64,000 nt of DNA from Rubripirellula sp. (GTDB lineage: Bacteria > Planctomycetota > Planctomycetia > Pirellulales > Pirellulaceae): the NCBI GenBank assembly GCA_965216875.1, contig OZ244207.1, positions 1,120,001 through 1,184,000 of the forward strand. The letters are read 5' to 3'. The notes beneath the pieces are model-generated. The model had not been told where the DNA came from. It made no database searches and was given only the letters and a program-made list of their open reading frames with translations. Below, piece by piece: positions 21,368-28,618 of the stretch; position 1 is the first letter of the stretch; each line of letters begins with the position of its first letter. The position numbers and the translations under genes were made by a program.

Positions 21368-21802
21368 TCAGGCGCAAGGTGGTCCGCGCGAAGAAAGCGC
21401 CGACAAGAAGACTTGCTCCGGCGCAACGTCCGAGCAAGGAAGGGTGGTTTCGAGCGTTTCGAGTGGTTGCCAGAAGAGGGTGGGGGTCGCCGCTAGCGAA
21501 CCTGCGCGAGTGGCGAAGAAGCTCTGGCAAATCGAGCAGCTGTCGCTGTCATGATCGTGACCATGCTCGACCGGGGATTCTTCGTGCCCTGATTCGGAAG
21601 CTTCCGTCGAATCGCAGTGATGATGGTGACTACAGCACTGATGTTCATGCTCCTCTTCAACGGGAGCCAAATCGCCCACATGAGCCGCGTGTGGATGGTC
21701 ACAGCCATGGTGCCCAACGTGCATCCAGCCAGCCGCGTTGCCCACCAAAAGGGCCGCAATAGCAAGGAAACTCGTTAGTTTTGAGGCGTGGCGCACAGGC
21801 AA
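21368..21802 (-). CDS. DUF2946/CruR-like His/Cys-rich leader protein with C-terminal RGPP
   Basis: Signal/TM segment, His clusters, CSIC (CxxC), ends SSRGPPCA*; first gene of the operon. Confidence 0.75.
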   Translation of the reverse strand: MPVRHASKLTSFLAIAALLVGNAAGWMHVGHHGCDHPHAAHVGDLAPVEEEHEHQCCSHHHHCDSTEASESGHEESPVEHGHDHDSDSCSICQSFFATRAGSLAATPTLFWQPLETLETTLPCSDVAPEQVFLSALSSRGPPCA

Positions 21803-21981
21803 AAGCTAGAAAGACCGATCAATACCGCTAAGTTGGATTCTTGGCAGCATTTACGTGGATGTCAACAATGTTGTTCGCGCGGCGGGGCGAATTCACACAG
21901 ACTGAACATTTGACAACCCGTAAAGAGTCTCTCAACGCAAGATTTTGCCGATTGCCATTAGTCTCCGTGGGGGGGAGGCCC

Positions 21982-22350
21982 GTAGGCCGGATCAAGGAGC
22001 GACAGCGACACAGATCCGGCATTCTCGAACGTCCCCTGTAGTTTTCGCCGCTCTCCCCCTTCGCTGCGGTTGCAATCCATCCACCAACTCCGACCCTGGT
22101 GAAGCCACCGAGAGCACAGGGTTCACCGAGAGATTGAGTTGACCTGGAAGCGCGTTGGCAAGGGCCCGAGGCCTCACGGCCGGCGGCTCACTGGTAGGCC
22201 GGATCAAGGAGCGACAGCGACACAGATCCGGCATTCTCGCACGTCCCCTGTAGTTTTCGCCGCTCACCCGCCCTTCGCTGCGATCGCAATTCATCCACCA
22301 AGTCTGCCCCTGCTGAAGCCACAGAGAGCACAGGGTTCACCGAGAGATTG
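21982..22350 (+). repeat. Two tandem ~212-bp composite repeats (REP family C, spacer, CCACAGAGAGCACAGGGTTCACCGAG element)
   Basis: Near-identical units starting at 21982 and 22194. Confidence 0.85.
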
Positions 22351-22474
22351 ACCGCCGCATGCTCTTCTCCGTGAACGCTGTGCTCTCTGTGGCTCGCCTT
22401 CTCTTGATCTCCCCATGTGACGCCTCCCCCATGTGACGCCTGTTGGGTACCAGCGTCGATCGCGAAACCCCGGG

Positions 22475-23026
22475 TCAGCACCAGGTCCATTTCGGATCTT
22501 CATAGATTAGGCAACGGAAACCGAACACGGACAGCCAGTAGGAGCGATGAGCGACACCCGGTCCCTCGGTCTTAGCCGCATGGTCGCAGGCGACGACGAG
22601 CGGGCAGGGCACCGCGGGGCCACCGACGTAGAACCATGGATCGTCGAGTTGTTCGGGGCGGTTCAGCTCGACGGGATCAAAATCAAACCGATTGACCGCT
22701 CGGTTGGGCGATGCGGCGGCAAGTGTTGCTCCCATTTTTCCGGCAAGTTCGGATTGAAGAGTATGGCTGGTCAAAGCGGTCACGATCCAGAGTGTCAAGT
22801 AGGTCGTGGCGAGTGCGACAGCTGCGTAGGCATTGCGACGCATGGAAACGTGCATCGCCGCTGCGAAGCTGAGGTGGATCAGAGAGAACGCGATTCCAAT
22901 CATGCCTTCCATCAATACCATCGCCACCACGATGGCAACGCCAATGGATGTGAGAAGGAACGAACGGAGCGAGAAACGCGATCCGATGGGACGATCGTTG
23001 CTCGATGCGGCGTTACTCTGATTCAT
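22475..23026 (-). CDS. Hypothetical membrane protein (probable distal gene cassette)
   Basis: 183 aa, RFSLRSFLL N-terminus, TM helices; co-oriented with the cassette array. Confidence 0.65.
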   Translation of the reverse strand: MNQSNAASSNDRPIGSRFSLRSFLLTSIGVAIVVAMVLMEGMIGIAFSLIHLSFAAAMHVSMRRNAYAAVALATTYLTLWIVTALTSHTLQSELAGKMGATLAAASPNRAVNRFDFDPVELNRPEQLDDPWFYVGGPAVPCPLVVACDHAAKTEGPGVAHRSYWLSVFGFRCLIYEDPKWTWC

Positions 23027-23159
23027 CGTCTACCGAGGTTCATCATTTGCCGTGTTGTGTTCCACGCTAAGGCGTTGCTTCATTCAAACGCGATGTTGTT
23101 CACAACGGGGCGGTGATGTTCAAAACCGGGCGGTGATCGGAAAGCGGTGTAGTCTCATC

Positions 23160-23252
23160 TAAAGAATGTCAGCGATCACACGGCAGCGACGAGCGATCAT
23201 CTTTATCATTTTTGTCGATTTCGCCACCCGTAGTGCACGACATGGTTAAACA
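23160..23252 (-). other. attC-like site, degenerate
   Basis: + strand GAAT GTCA GCGATC ACACGG CAGCGA...TCGCCAC CCGTAGTG C ACGAC ATG GTTA; same architecture as the intact sites. Confidence 0.55.
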
Positions 23253-23480
23253 GGCGCACCTTGCTCATATACTCGCCTCCCGCACGTGCGAGTGCCTCGT
23301 CCACTTCTGTGAACGCGGCATGTGCCAGTTCGGTATCGGAAAGGTCAGCGGCGTCTGCGGACAGCGTCGGTGTGATTGTAGTCATCGCTTTCGGCGGTTG
23401 TCCTCGTTCCTGCTCATGGAGCGAGCATCCGATGAGTGCAGCGAAAGAAGCGGCAGTCTGGATCGAGCCATCGTTTCGGT
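23253..23480 (-). pseudogene. Cassette remnant (ORF 23206-23490 runs across both flanking attC-like sites)
   Basis: ~230 bp between two attC-like sites with no clean start or stop inside. Confidence 0.4.
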
Positions 23481-23573
23481 CGGGTAACACGGATCAGCGG
23501 GGATGGGCGAAAGACGTATAGGCAGAAGAAAAAACGGACCAGCTGTTCTCCGTGTGCATCCGTTGGTTCGTCG
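23481..23573 (-). other. attC-like site
   Basis: + strand TAAC AC GGATC AGCGG GGATGG...CTGTTC T CCGTGTG C ATCCG TTG GTTC; lies just after the stop of the upstream cassette gene. Confidence 0.7.
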
Positions 23574-23595
23574 ATTTCTTCGTGTGCAACAGACT

Positions 23596-24132
23596 CTACG
23601 TCGTTTTCGGATTGGATTTGAGTTGAGAAATCACTCCCGTCCGCCACATGTGTTTTGCAGATGGTGATGCAAATTCCGGGAACGACGCTTTTGCAATGTC
23701 CTTGAAGTATTGTCCGACCCAATGCCAAGCTTGGTAGGACTCGCTATCGCAGTAGAAGCCCCACGATGGATTGAGCAAGTCGATCATGAGATCCAGAGTG
23801 TCATCACCAGCGCGGAGTTGAATCGCAAAATCCTGCCCCGAGGGCAGGCGTTGAAAAATTGGATTCCCGTTGTAGAACGCGCGTGGTTCGTTCGCAGCGG
23901 CTCGGATCAAATCCAGATTTTTCGCGGTCAGTGGCGTTCCGGTAGCAAGGATCGTTGCGTCCGAGAGTGGACCATGTGAGCGTTTGCTGATGATGAAAGT
24001 TTCGCCATTCGTTGCGCTGTTTACGATGCGGCGCGTACGCGGGCCAAGTACAGAATCGATATCAAAATCGGGCGATCCGAACTCAAAGACAATTGTGCCT
24101 GAATCAGACAAGTCAACGCTCCTGGTGCACAC
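23596..24132 (-). CDS. Hypothetical cassette protein; start probably GTG 24132
   Basis: The ORF-track N-terminus (METRLAGPG) is translated attC sequence; the rest is a ~178-aa open frame. Confidence 0.6.
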   Translation of the reverse strand: MCTRSVDLSDSGTIVFEFGSPDFDIDSVLGPRTRRIVNSATNGETFIISKRSHGPLSDATILATGTPLTAKNLDLIRAAANEPRAFYNGNPIFQRLPSGQDFAIQLRAGDDTLDLMIDLLNPSWGFYCDSESYQAWHWVGQYFKDIAKASFPEFASPSAKHMWRTGVISQLKSNPKTT

Positions 24133-24144
24133 GTTTAATCTGTG

Positions 24145-24237
24145 CGGCGGACGAACCGCGTCACCGGGGCCCGCGAGTCGAGTTTCCATTAATAGATCCG
24201 AAACAGTCGGCTTCCGTGCGCACGTGATGGTTCCGCC
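24145..24237 (-). other. attC-like site
   Basis: + strand GGAC GAAC CGCGTC ACCGG GGCC...GGC T TCCGTG C GCACGTG ATG GTTC CGCC. Confidence 0.65.
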
Positions 24238-24335
24238 ATTCTACACGCAGCAGAAGCGAGCGAAGGCAGTGGACATTATTCTAACGCGGTGGCGACGGAC
24301 CAACGATATCGCACGAGCTCATCACATCGAAAGCA

Positions 24336-24434
24336 TCGTTAACGGCTCCCCAAGCGTGCGGTGAAACCCCGTCGATGACAACAGCACGCACAGCATCGTG
24401 TGTCAGCATTCCCGCTTCCGGCCCAGGTTCGTCA
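24336..24434 (-). other. Possible highly decayed attC-like site
   Basis: TAAC...GTTC ends at the expected spacing, directly after the pseudogene stop; the stem is poor. Confidence 0.3.
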
Positions 24435-24438
24435 AACG

Positions 24439-24681
24439 TTAGCGGTACAGAATCCTGCGTGTGACAAGATGACCAATGATTGCGTCTCCCCGTTTGATGC
24501 AAACGCCCGACGTGCCCGAGAGTGGATTGCGATCATCGATCGAGCATTCGTATTCTCAGACCTGGTCACCGTCGCTCAAGAGTGTCCTTAGACGCTACCA
24601 GTCAGACTGGACCGCTCCCCAGTCACGGTTGCAATCTTCCTGCGAAAGTTGGGATGAGAGAATGAGCCACGAGTAGTCCAT
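24439..24681 (-). pseudogene. Decayed cassette gene with two in-frame stops
   Basis: MDYSWLILSSQLSQEDCNRDWGAVQSDW*RLRTLLSDGDQV*EYECSIDDRNPLSGTSGVCIKRGDAIIGHLVTRRILYR*; lies between attC-like sites. Confidence 0.6.
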
Positions 24682-24697
24682 ACATGTTCGCTCTGTT

Positions 24698-24789
24698 GAT
24701 GGAACGTTACGAAGCACACGGCGCCGACCGATACCGTGAACTCAAATCGAAACCAATTTCGCCGCTCGTGGGCATTCGGTCGTTATCGG
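24698..24789 (-). other. attC-like site, degenerate
   Basis: + strand GAAC GTTA CGAAGC ACACGG CGCCGA...TCGCCGC T CGTGG GC ATTCG GTC GTTA. Confidence 0.55.
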
Positions 24790-24921
24790 GTATTCGGCAA
24801 TCCGTCAGCCCTGCGTCCAATCGTCATCGTGGGGTTCAAAGTCTCCTGGTTGCCGTCCTTCGGTGCACGACACAACCATCCGTGACGGATCGTTGGACGC
24901 AGGCGGGGCATCCTCTGTCAT
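24790..24921 (-). pseudogene. Truncated cassette ORF (MTEDAPPASNDPSR..., 38 aa) with a strong RBS
   Basis: GTTCTACG core, then AGAGGAG, then ATG at 24921; stops early. Confidence 0.45.
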
Positions 24922-24935
24922 GAGTGCTCCTCTTT

Positions 24936-25020
24936 CGTAGAACCTCCACAATCACCCGGCACGCGTGATTGAGAATCAAGTTGAAAATGCGTGCGCGAGC
25001 AGATTGGGTTGTTATCGGAT
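24936..25020 (-). other. attC-like site, internally deleted
   Basis: GAAC CTCC ACAATC ACCCGG CACGCG...CGCGAGC..ATTGG GTT GTTATCGGAT; the upstream gene's TAA lies within R'' (CGATAAC). Confidence 0.7.
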
Positions 25021-25572
25021 TTTCGGGTGGATTAGGATCAGCTTGCTGCGAAAATGAAATGCGCGGCCAGCGTAAATTGTTTTTGCAGGTGTGTCGGCAG
25101 GGTAGCGAGGACTGCCCGAGAATTCGCCAGTTTCATATGCGAGCACTTCGAACTCGCGTCCTAAGAAACGAGCTGCAAGCTCAGACCGCGTGGGTTTTTG
25201 GCTCGGATCGACGGCTTCGGCGAAGGCGTCGTAGTTTGGCCGGAACGGGATTGCATTGCGACTAAAATAGTCGATATCAAAGTCCATTCTGATCGGCGTG
25301 GAGATAGGCTGATTGTCAACTCGAGTGACGAGGACACGGTAGTCGTCATCGGAATCGGTCATCTTGTTGTTGGGGTTAGTGACGAGCTTGCACGTTATCG
25401 GTGCGACGTACCCAAGAGGCTTACCGAGCTTTCCCGTAACGCTCTCGCCGGTGAGCGACCGTACGTCAATCTTGTCCTGTTCAGCTGTCTGCGCAATCGA
25501 GAGCCTCGGAATAAGTAACCCCAGCAGTAAGCCGACAAACGTTTTGAGAATCGTGTCCTGCATTGGCTTCAT
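25012..25572 (-). CDS. Hypothetical secreted cassette protein
   Basis: 186 aa with a signal-peptide-like N-terminus; the cassette starts GTTATCGGAT and ends ATCCGATAAC (exact complement). Confidence 0.75.
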   Translation of the reverse strand: MKPMQDTILKTFVGLLLGLLIPRLSIAQTAEQDKIDVRSLTGESVTGKLGKPLGYVAPITCKLVTNPNNKMTDSDDDYRVLVTRVDNQPISTPIRMDFDIDYFSRNAIPFRPNYDAFAEAVDPSQKPTRSELAARFLGREFEVLAYETGEFSGSPRYPADTPAKTIYAGRAFHFRSKLILIHPKIR

Positions 25573-25643
25573 CCGATAACGATCGGGATCACACGGGAAT
25601 CAAAACGAACCACTGCCGCTCCGCAACATCGCATGCTTCGCAA
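25571..25643 (-). other. attC-like site, degenerate
   Basis: TAAC GATC GGGATC ACACGG...GC T CCG CAA C ATCGC ATG CTTC (GTTC mutated). Confidence 0.6.
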
Positions 25644-25649
25644 CACACT

Positions 25650-26183
25650 TTACGGACCAGCATCAGCGAAGCAATACAAGTCATCTTCATCTGTGACAAC
25701 TTTGTATTCGACGACACCGGACCAGTCGTACGTTTGCGCAAGATGCCGATCGGAATCGAGTGGAAGTCCGGTGCGAAGGGCAGTGTTGATGTGGCTGATG
25801 AAAGCGTCCGCAGCTTCAGCGTGTGCGGTTGCGTCTGAGTCGCCGCATGATTCCAGCCAGAAGATTAGGCTAAATGCGGCCATCATGGTTGCGCGCAGGC
25901 TTGAAGCCGGCGCGGTATCACCGATTGGCAGGTCAAGATCGTTCGACCCGTAGTGAACATCATCAAAAAGAGCATTCGTCGCATTGGCGCCATCAAGAAC
26001 TCGCTTGCGTAGGGATGGGTCGATGTTCTGCTTCGCCGACAGTTCGGCTGCGGCGAGCAGCGCATTATGGATGCGCTGCAGATTGTTGCGCTGTCGTTTC
26101 AGTCTGCGAATAGGGTTGCATTGCCTCAGTGAACGCTGGGACGCGCGAATCGCAAGAAACAGACGAAGAGGCCAGTCATCCAT
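25650..26183 (-). CDS. Hypothetical cassette protein
   Basis: 177-aa ORF fitting between two attC-like sites. Confidence 0.65.
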   Translation of the reverse strand: MDDWPLRLFLAIRASQRSLRQCNPIRRLKRQRNNLQRIHNALLAAAELSAKQNIDPSLRKRVLDGANATNALFDDVHYGSNDLDLPIGDTAPASSLRATMMAAFSLIFWLESCGDSDATAHAEAADAFISHINTALRTGLPLDSDRHLAQTYDWSGVVEYKVVTDEDDLYCFADAGP

Positions 26184-26202
26184 TTGTTATGCGTGTCTCT
26201 AC

Positions 26203-26296
26203 TGGCGAACGGCAGTCATCACCGAGCACTCGGGAGTTGAGCATCCAATGCGTGAACACCGACCACCGGTCCTCCGTGACATCCGATGGTTATCGG
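26203..26296 (-). other. attC-like site, partly degenerate
   Basis: GAAC GGCA GTCATC ACCGA GCAC...TCC T CCGTG A CATCCG ATG GTTA. Confidence 0.65.
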
Positions 26297-26452
26297 CCGT
26301 TCTGTTCTAGGACGTGAGCTCAACCGTTCCGCCTGTGTCGCTCGGCGGATCACCCAAATGATACCCATTCTCTGGTGGTGCCGCAGTGTAGTCGATCCCG
26401 GCTCTATGCAGCGCCGACATTGCACGAAACGCGATGTCGGCCCAACGCTGCC

Positions 26453-26543
26453 TGGCGAACGGCCGTGATCAGCGGGCACGGCCCATGTGGTCAACATTTG
26501 TAACAGCCCCATGCCGTGCTCCGTTGCATCGCATGGTTCTGCG
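26453..26543 (-). other. attC site, intact
   Basis: + strand GAAC GGCC GTGAT CAGCGG GCACGGC-loop-GCCGTGC [T] CCGTTG [C] ATCGC ATG GTTC: R box, unpaired spacer, L box and two extrahelical bases. Confidence 0.85.
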
Positions 26544-26547
26544 GTTT

Positions 26548-26958
26548 TCACTTCCGTGTCGTAGCGTCAATCCGCCCGAACTCAAATTCATCTTCGTGGC
26601 AGTAAAACACCAACCAATTGTGGTCGAGCGACAAGATCAAGGCGTCATCACGGCCAGGGCATAAGACGTCACGCCAATGGGTGAGGATGAATTCGACCGA
26701 CGTGTCGAACACAGAGTCCAGCCCAAAAATGATACGCAATTCCGTTCCAGCGCACCGATCAGCAAGCCATTGATCGACTAAGTCGGAATCACCTGCCGCA
26801 TCGCATTGCTCAATCTGAGTAACGGATGCGTCGTTCAATCCATAGCGATTTGTTGACGACTGTCCAATCTGCGATTCATACGCGTTCGCGGCGTTATCCG
26901 GTGACAGCCACCGAATCGAGTCACCGAAGTGTTCGTACTGGTCGCGGCGAAAGTTCAT
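26548..26958 (-). CDS. Hypothetical cassette protein; acidic and aromatic, resembling immunity-type proteins
   Basis: 136 aa; the cassette starts GTTCTGCG and ends CGCAGAAC (exact complement). Confidence 0.75.
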   Translation of the reverse strand: MNFRRDQYEHFGDSIRWLSPDNAANAYESQIGQSSTNRYGLNDASVTQIEQCDAAGDSDLVDQWLADRCAGTELRIIFGLDSVFDTSVEFILTHWRDVLCPGRDDALILSLDHNWLVFYCHEDEFEFGRIDATTRK

Positions 26959-26985
26959 GTTGTCGAGGAGTTACATCCAAACAAT

Positions 26986-27078
26986 CGCAGAACGACCGCG
27001 ATAACCGAGTCGCGGCGATTGATTTTCCATTGTCAAAAACGAGGACTCCGCGACTTCGGTTCATCGCATGGTTCCCCG
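26986..27078 (-). other. attC site, intact
   Basis: + strand GAAC GACC GCGAT AAC CGA GTCGCGG-loop-CCGCGAC [T] TCG GTT [C] ATCGC ATG GTTC. Confidence 0.88.
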
Positions 27079-27081
27079 CCA

Positions 27082-27822
27082 CTATTTGGTTCGTTCGCCG
27101 AAGCAGCGTTCCATTTGATTGACTATATCAGAAGGAATAGCTGAGCCGTGAAGAAAGGAAAGCTCAAGGTAACCGTTGCCGTTCGCAAGAATATAGTTTT
27201 GCTCTGTGATACCCCAGTAGGGTCCTTGCCAGCGGTACGGTTTCGCAGGCGGTTCTTTGGTATGCTGGACAACGTCAATCACAATCCCGTTCGACTTCGG
27301 TCCAACGACCGCGACCGTATCGTGACCGTATTCTCCATCTTCAAGTTCGGGGTGCAACTGAAACTCCCGACTTCGGCTACGAATTGATAACGAGGTGTCG
27401 TTGATTTCAATCGTATCCAATGGCATGTCGTGAGACGTCATGAATTTCTCGAGTCGTTGTTTCAAGTCTACCAACCCATTGACGCGTCCCTTCACCGCCA
27501 TTTTATCAACCGGACCGTTCCAGTCATTGATGTCTGCCTCGCCTTGCATGTTGACATAGACATGCTTTTTTGAACCATCAGAGCACCCGTAGAAAATGTT
27601 CCATGCTCCACCTTTGCCGTCACCCTCGGCGTTGCCGTACAAACTAACGCCAATTGGATAGTATCGTGACGCGTCATCCGCCAGAAGTGACTCGCCCTTC
27701 TCCAATGCGGCTGCAAGCGTCACGGGCGGGCGGTTAGTATTGACCCAACGGTAGAGCGATCCGTATGCGATCGCGGAAACGAGAGACAGTGCGGCAGCGA
27801 TTGCGAGTCTGGTTTTCAGCAT
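27082..27822 (-). CDS. Hypothetical secreted/membrane-anchored protein, first cassette
   Basis: 246 aa with an N-terminal signal/TM segment; the cassette starts GTTCCCCG and ends CGGGGAAC (exact complement). Confidence 0.78.
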   Translation of the reverse strand: MLKTRLAIAAALSLVSAIAYGSLYRWVNTNRPPVTLAAALEKGESLLADDASRYYPIGVSLYGNAEGDGKGGAWNIFYGCSDGSKKHVYVNMQGEADINDWNGPVDKMAVKGRVNGLVDLKQRLEKFMTSHDMPLDTIEINDTSLSIRSRSREFQLHPELEDGEYGHDTVAVVGPKSNGIVIDVVQHTKEPPAKPYRWQGPYWGITEQNYILANGNGYLELSFLHGSAIPSDIVNQMERCFGERTK

Positions 27823-27831
27823 GGCTTTAGT

Positions 27832-27852
27832 CGGGGAACTTATTTATCAGCT
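27832..27852 (-). other. attI-like recombination site
   Basis: Minus strand AGCTGATAAATAA-GTTCCCCG: AT-rich, non-palindromic sequence before the GTT crossover of the first cassette. Confidence 0.6.
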
Positions 27853-27993
27853 GGTGAACGGGTGAGAATACGGCGTGCTGGGTGTTCTCGCCGAGTGGAC
27901 CTTCGGTACGGTCGGTGACACGCGCCTTGATCCTCGTATTCTCACTGGTCGCTCCAGTATTCTCACCGGTTAGGTGGTAACCACTCTGGGGGT

Positions 27994-28022
27994 ATTCTCG
28001 CCGTTGACATTTGGGTTGTCAA
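27994..28022 (-). promoter_or_regulatory. Putative Pc-like sigma70 promoter reading into the cassette array
   Basis: Minus strand TTGACA (28022-28017), 17 nt, GAGAAT (27999-27994). Confidence 0.55.
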
Positions 28023-28344
28023 ATTGTTGGATCGCGCCGGGCTCACTCTTATTGGGCAATGATTGGCCACGAACAACGCGGGAAGAAACGCATAAGGATT
28101 CTTGCGCTCGGCTTGTTGTGTTTTTTTGTGTTTCTTGTGGCTCACTCATCCATTAGGCGAAAAGGACGAACCACGAATTGGTCGAATGACACGAATGAAG
28201 AACTGTTGCGCGAGTGCTATTGGTGAGGTTCTCTCGGGAAGGCTGCCACGAGAAACACGAGAAGGCACAAAGAGATAGGAAGGCCCGGCCGCTTACGCGT
28301 TCACGGCTCAGTGGAGTTCGTTCATGTTCTGGCGAAGGTTGCTG

Positions 28345-28610
28345 CGGATGCGTGAGTAAGTGTCCGTCGGCTCATGGTTGGGTTCGGTCGTGCCGGATCT
28401 GTGTCGCTGTCGCTCCTTGATGCCGGCCTACGAGAATGGATGCGTGAGTAAGTGTGGGCCCGCGGCTAGCGCCGTCGGCTCAGGGTTGGGTTCGGTCGTG
28501 CCGGATCTGTGTCGCTGTCGCTCCTTGATGCCGGCCTACGAGAATGGATGCGTGAGCAAGTGTAGGGCCCGCGGCTAGCGCCGTCGGCTCACGGGGTGGG
28601 TTCGGACGCA
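28345..28610. repeat. BIME-like tandem array (~108-bp period) alternating REP family C and family A variants
   Basis: Family C copies at 28391-28431 and 28499-28539 with near-identical linkers. Confidence 0.8.
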
Positions 28611-28618
28611 CGTGTTGG

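Larger units (their letters stand above)
22475..27850 (-). mobile_element. Integron-type gene cassette array lacking an integrase (CALIN-like)
   Basis: About 10 attC-like hairpins of ~70-95 bp separate small co-oriented minus-strand ORFs; attI-like site at ~27832; no tyrosine recombinase in the window. Confidence 0.82.

Noticed and set aside
24133..24189. N-terminus METRLAGPGDAVRPP of ORF 23596-24189
   Set aside because: It is translated from the attC hairpin, so it is probably not real coding sequence.
27850..28300. Integron integrase gene or remnant
   Set aside because: No ORF with tyrosine-recombinase motifs (R...H-x-x-R...H/W...Y) is recognisable on either strand.
28345..28610. Regularly spaced repeats suggesting a CRISPR array (also 21982-22350 and 34266-34674)
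   Set aside because: The spacers are near-identical, the repeats are REP palindromes found throughout the window, and there are no cas genes.
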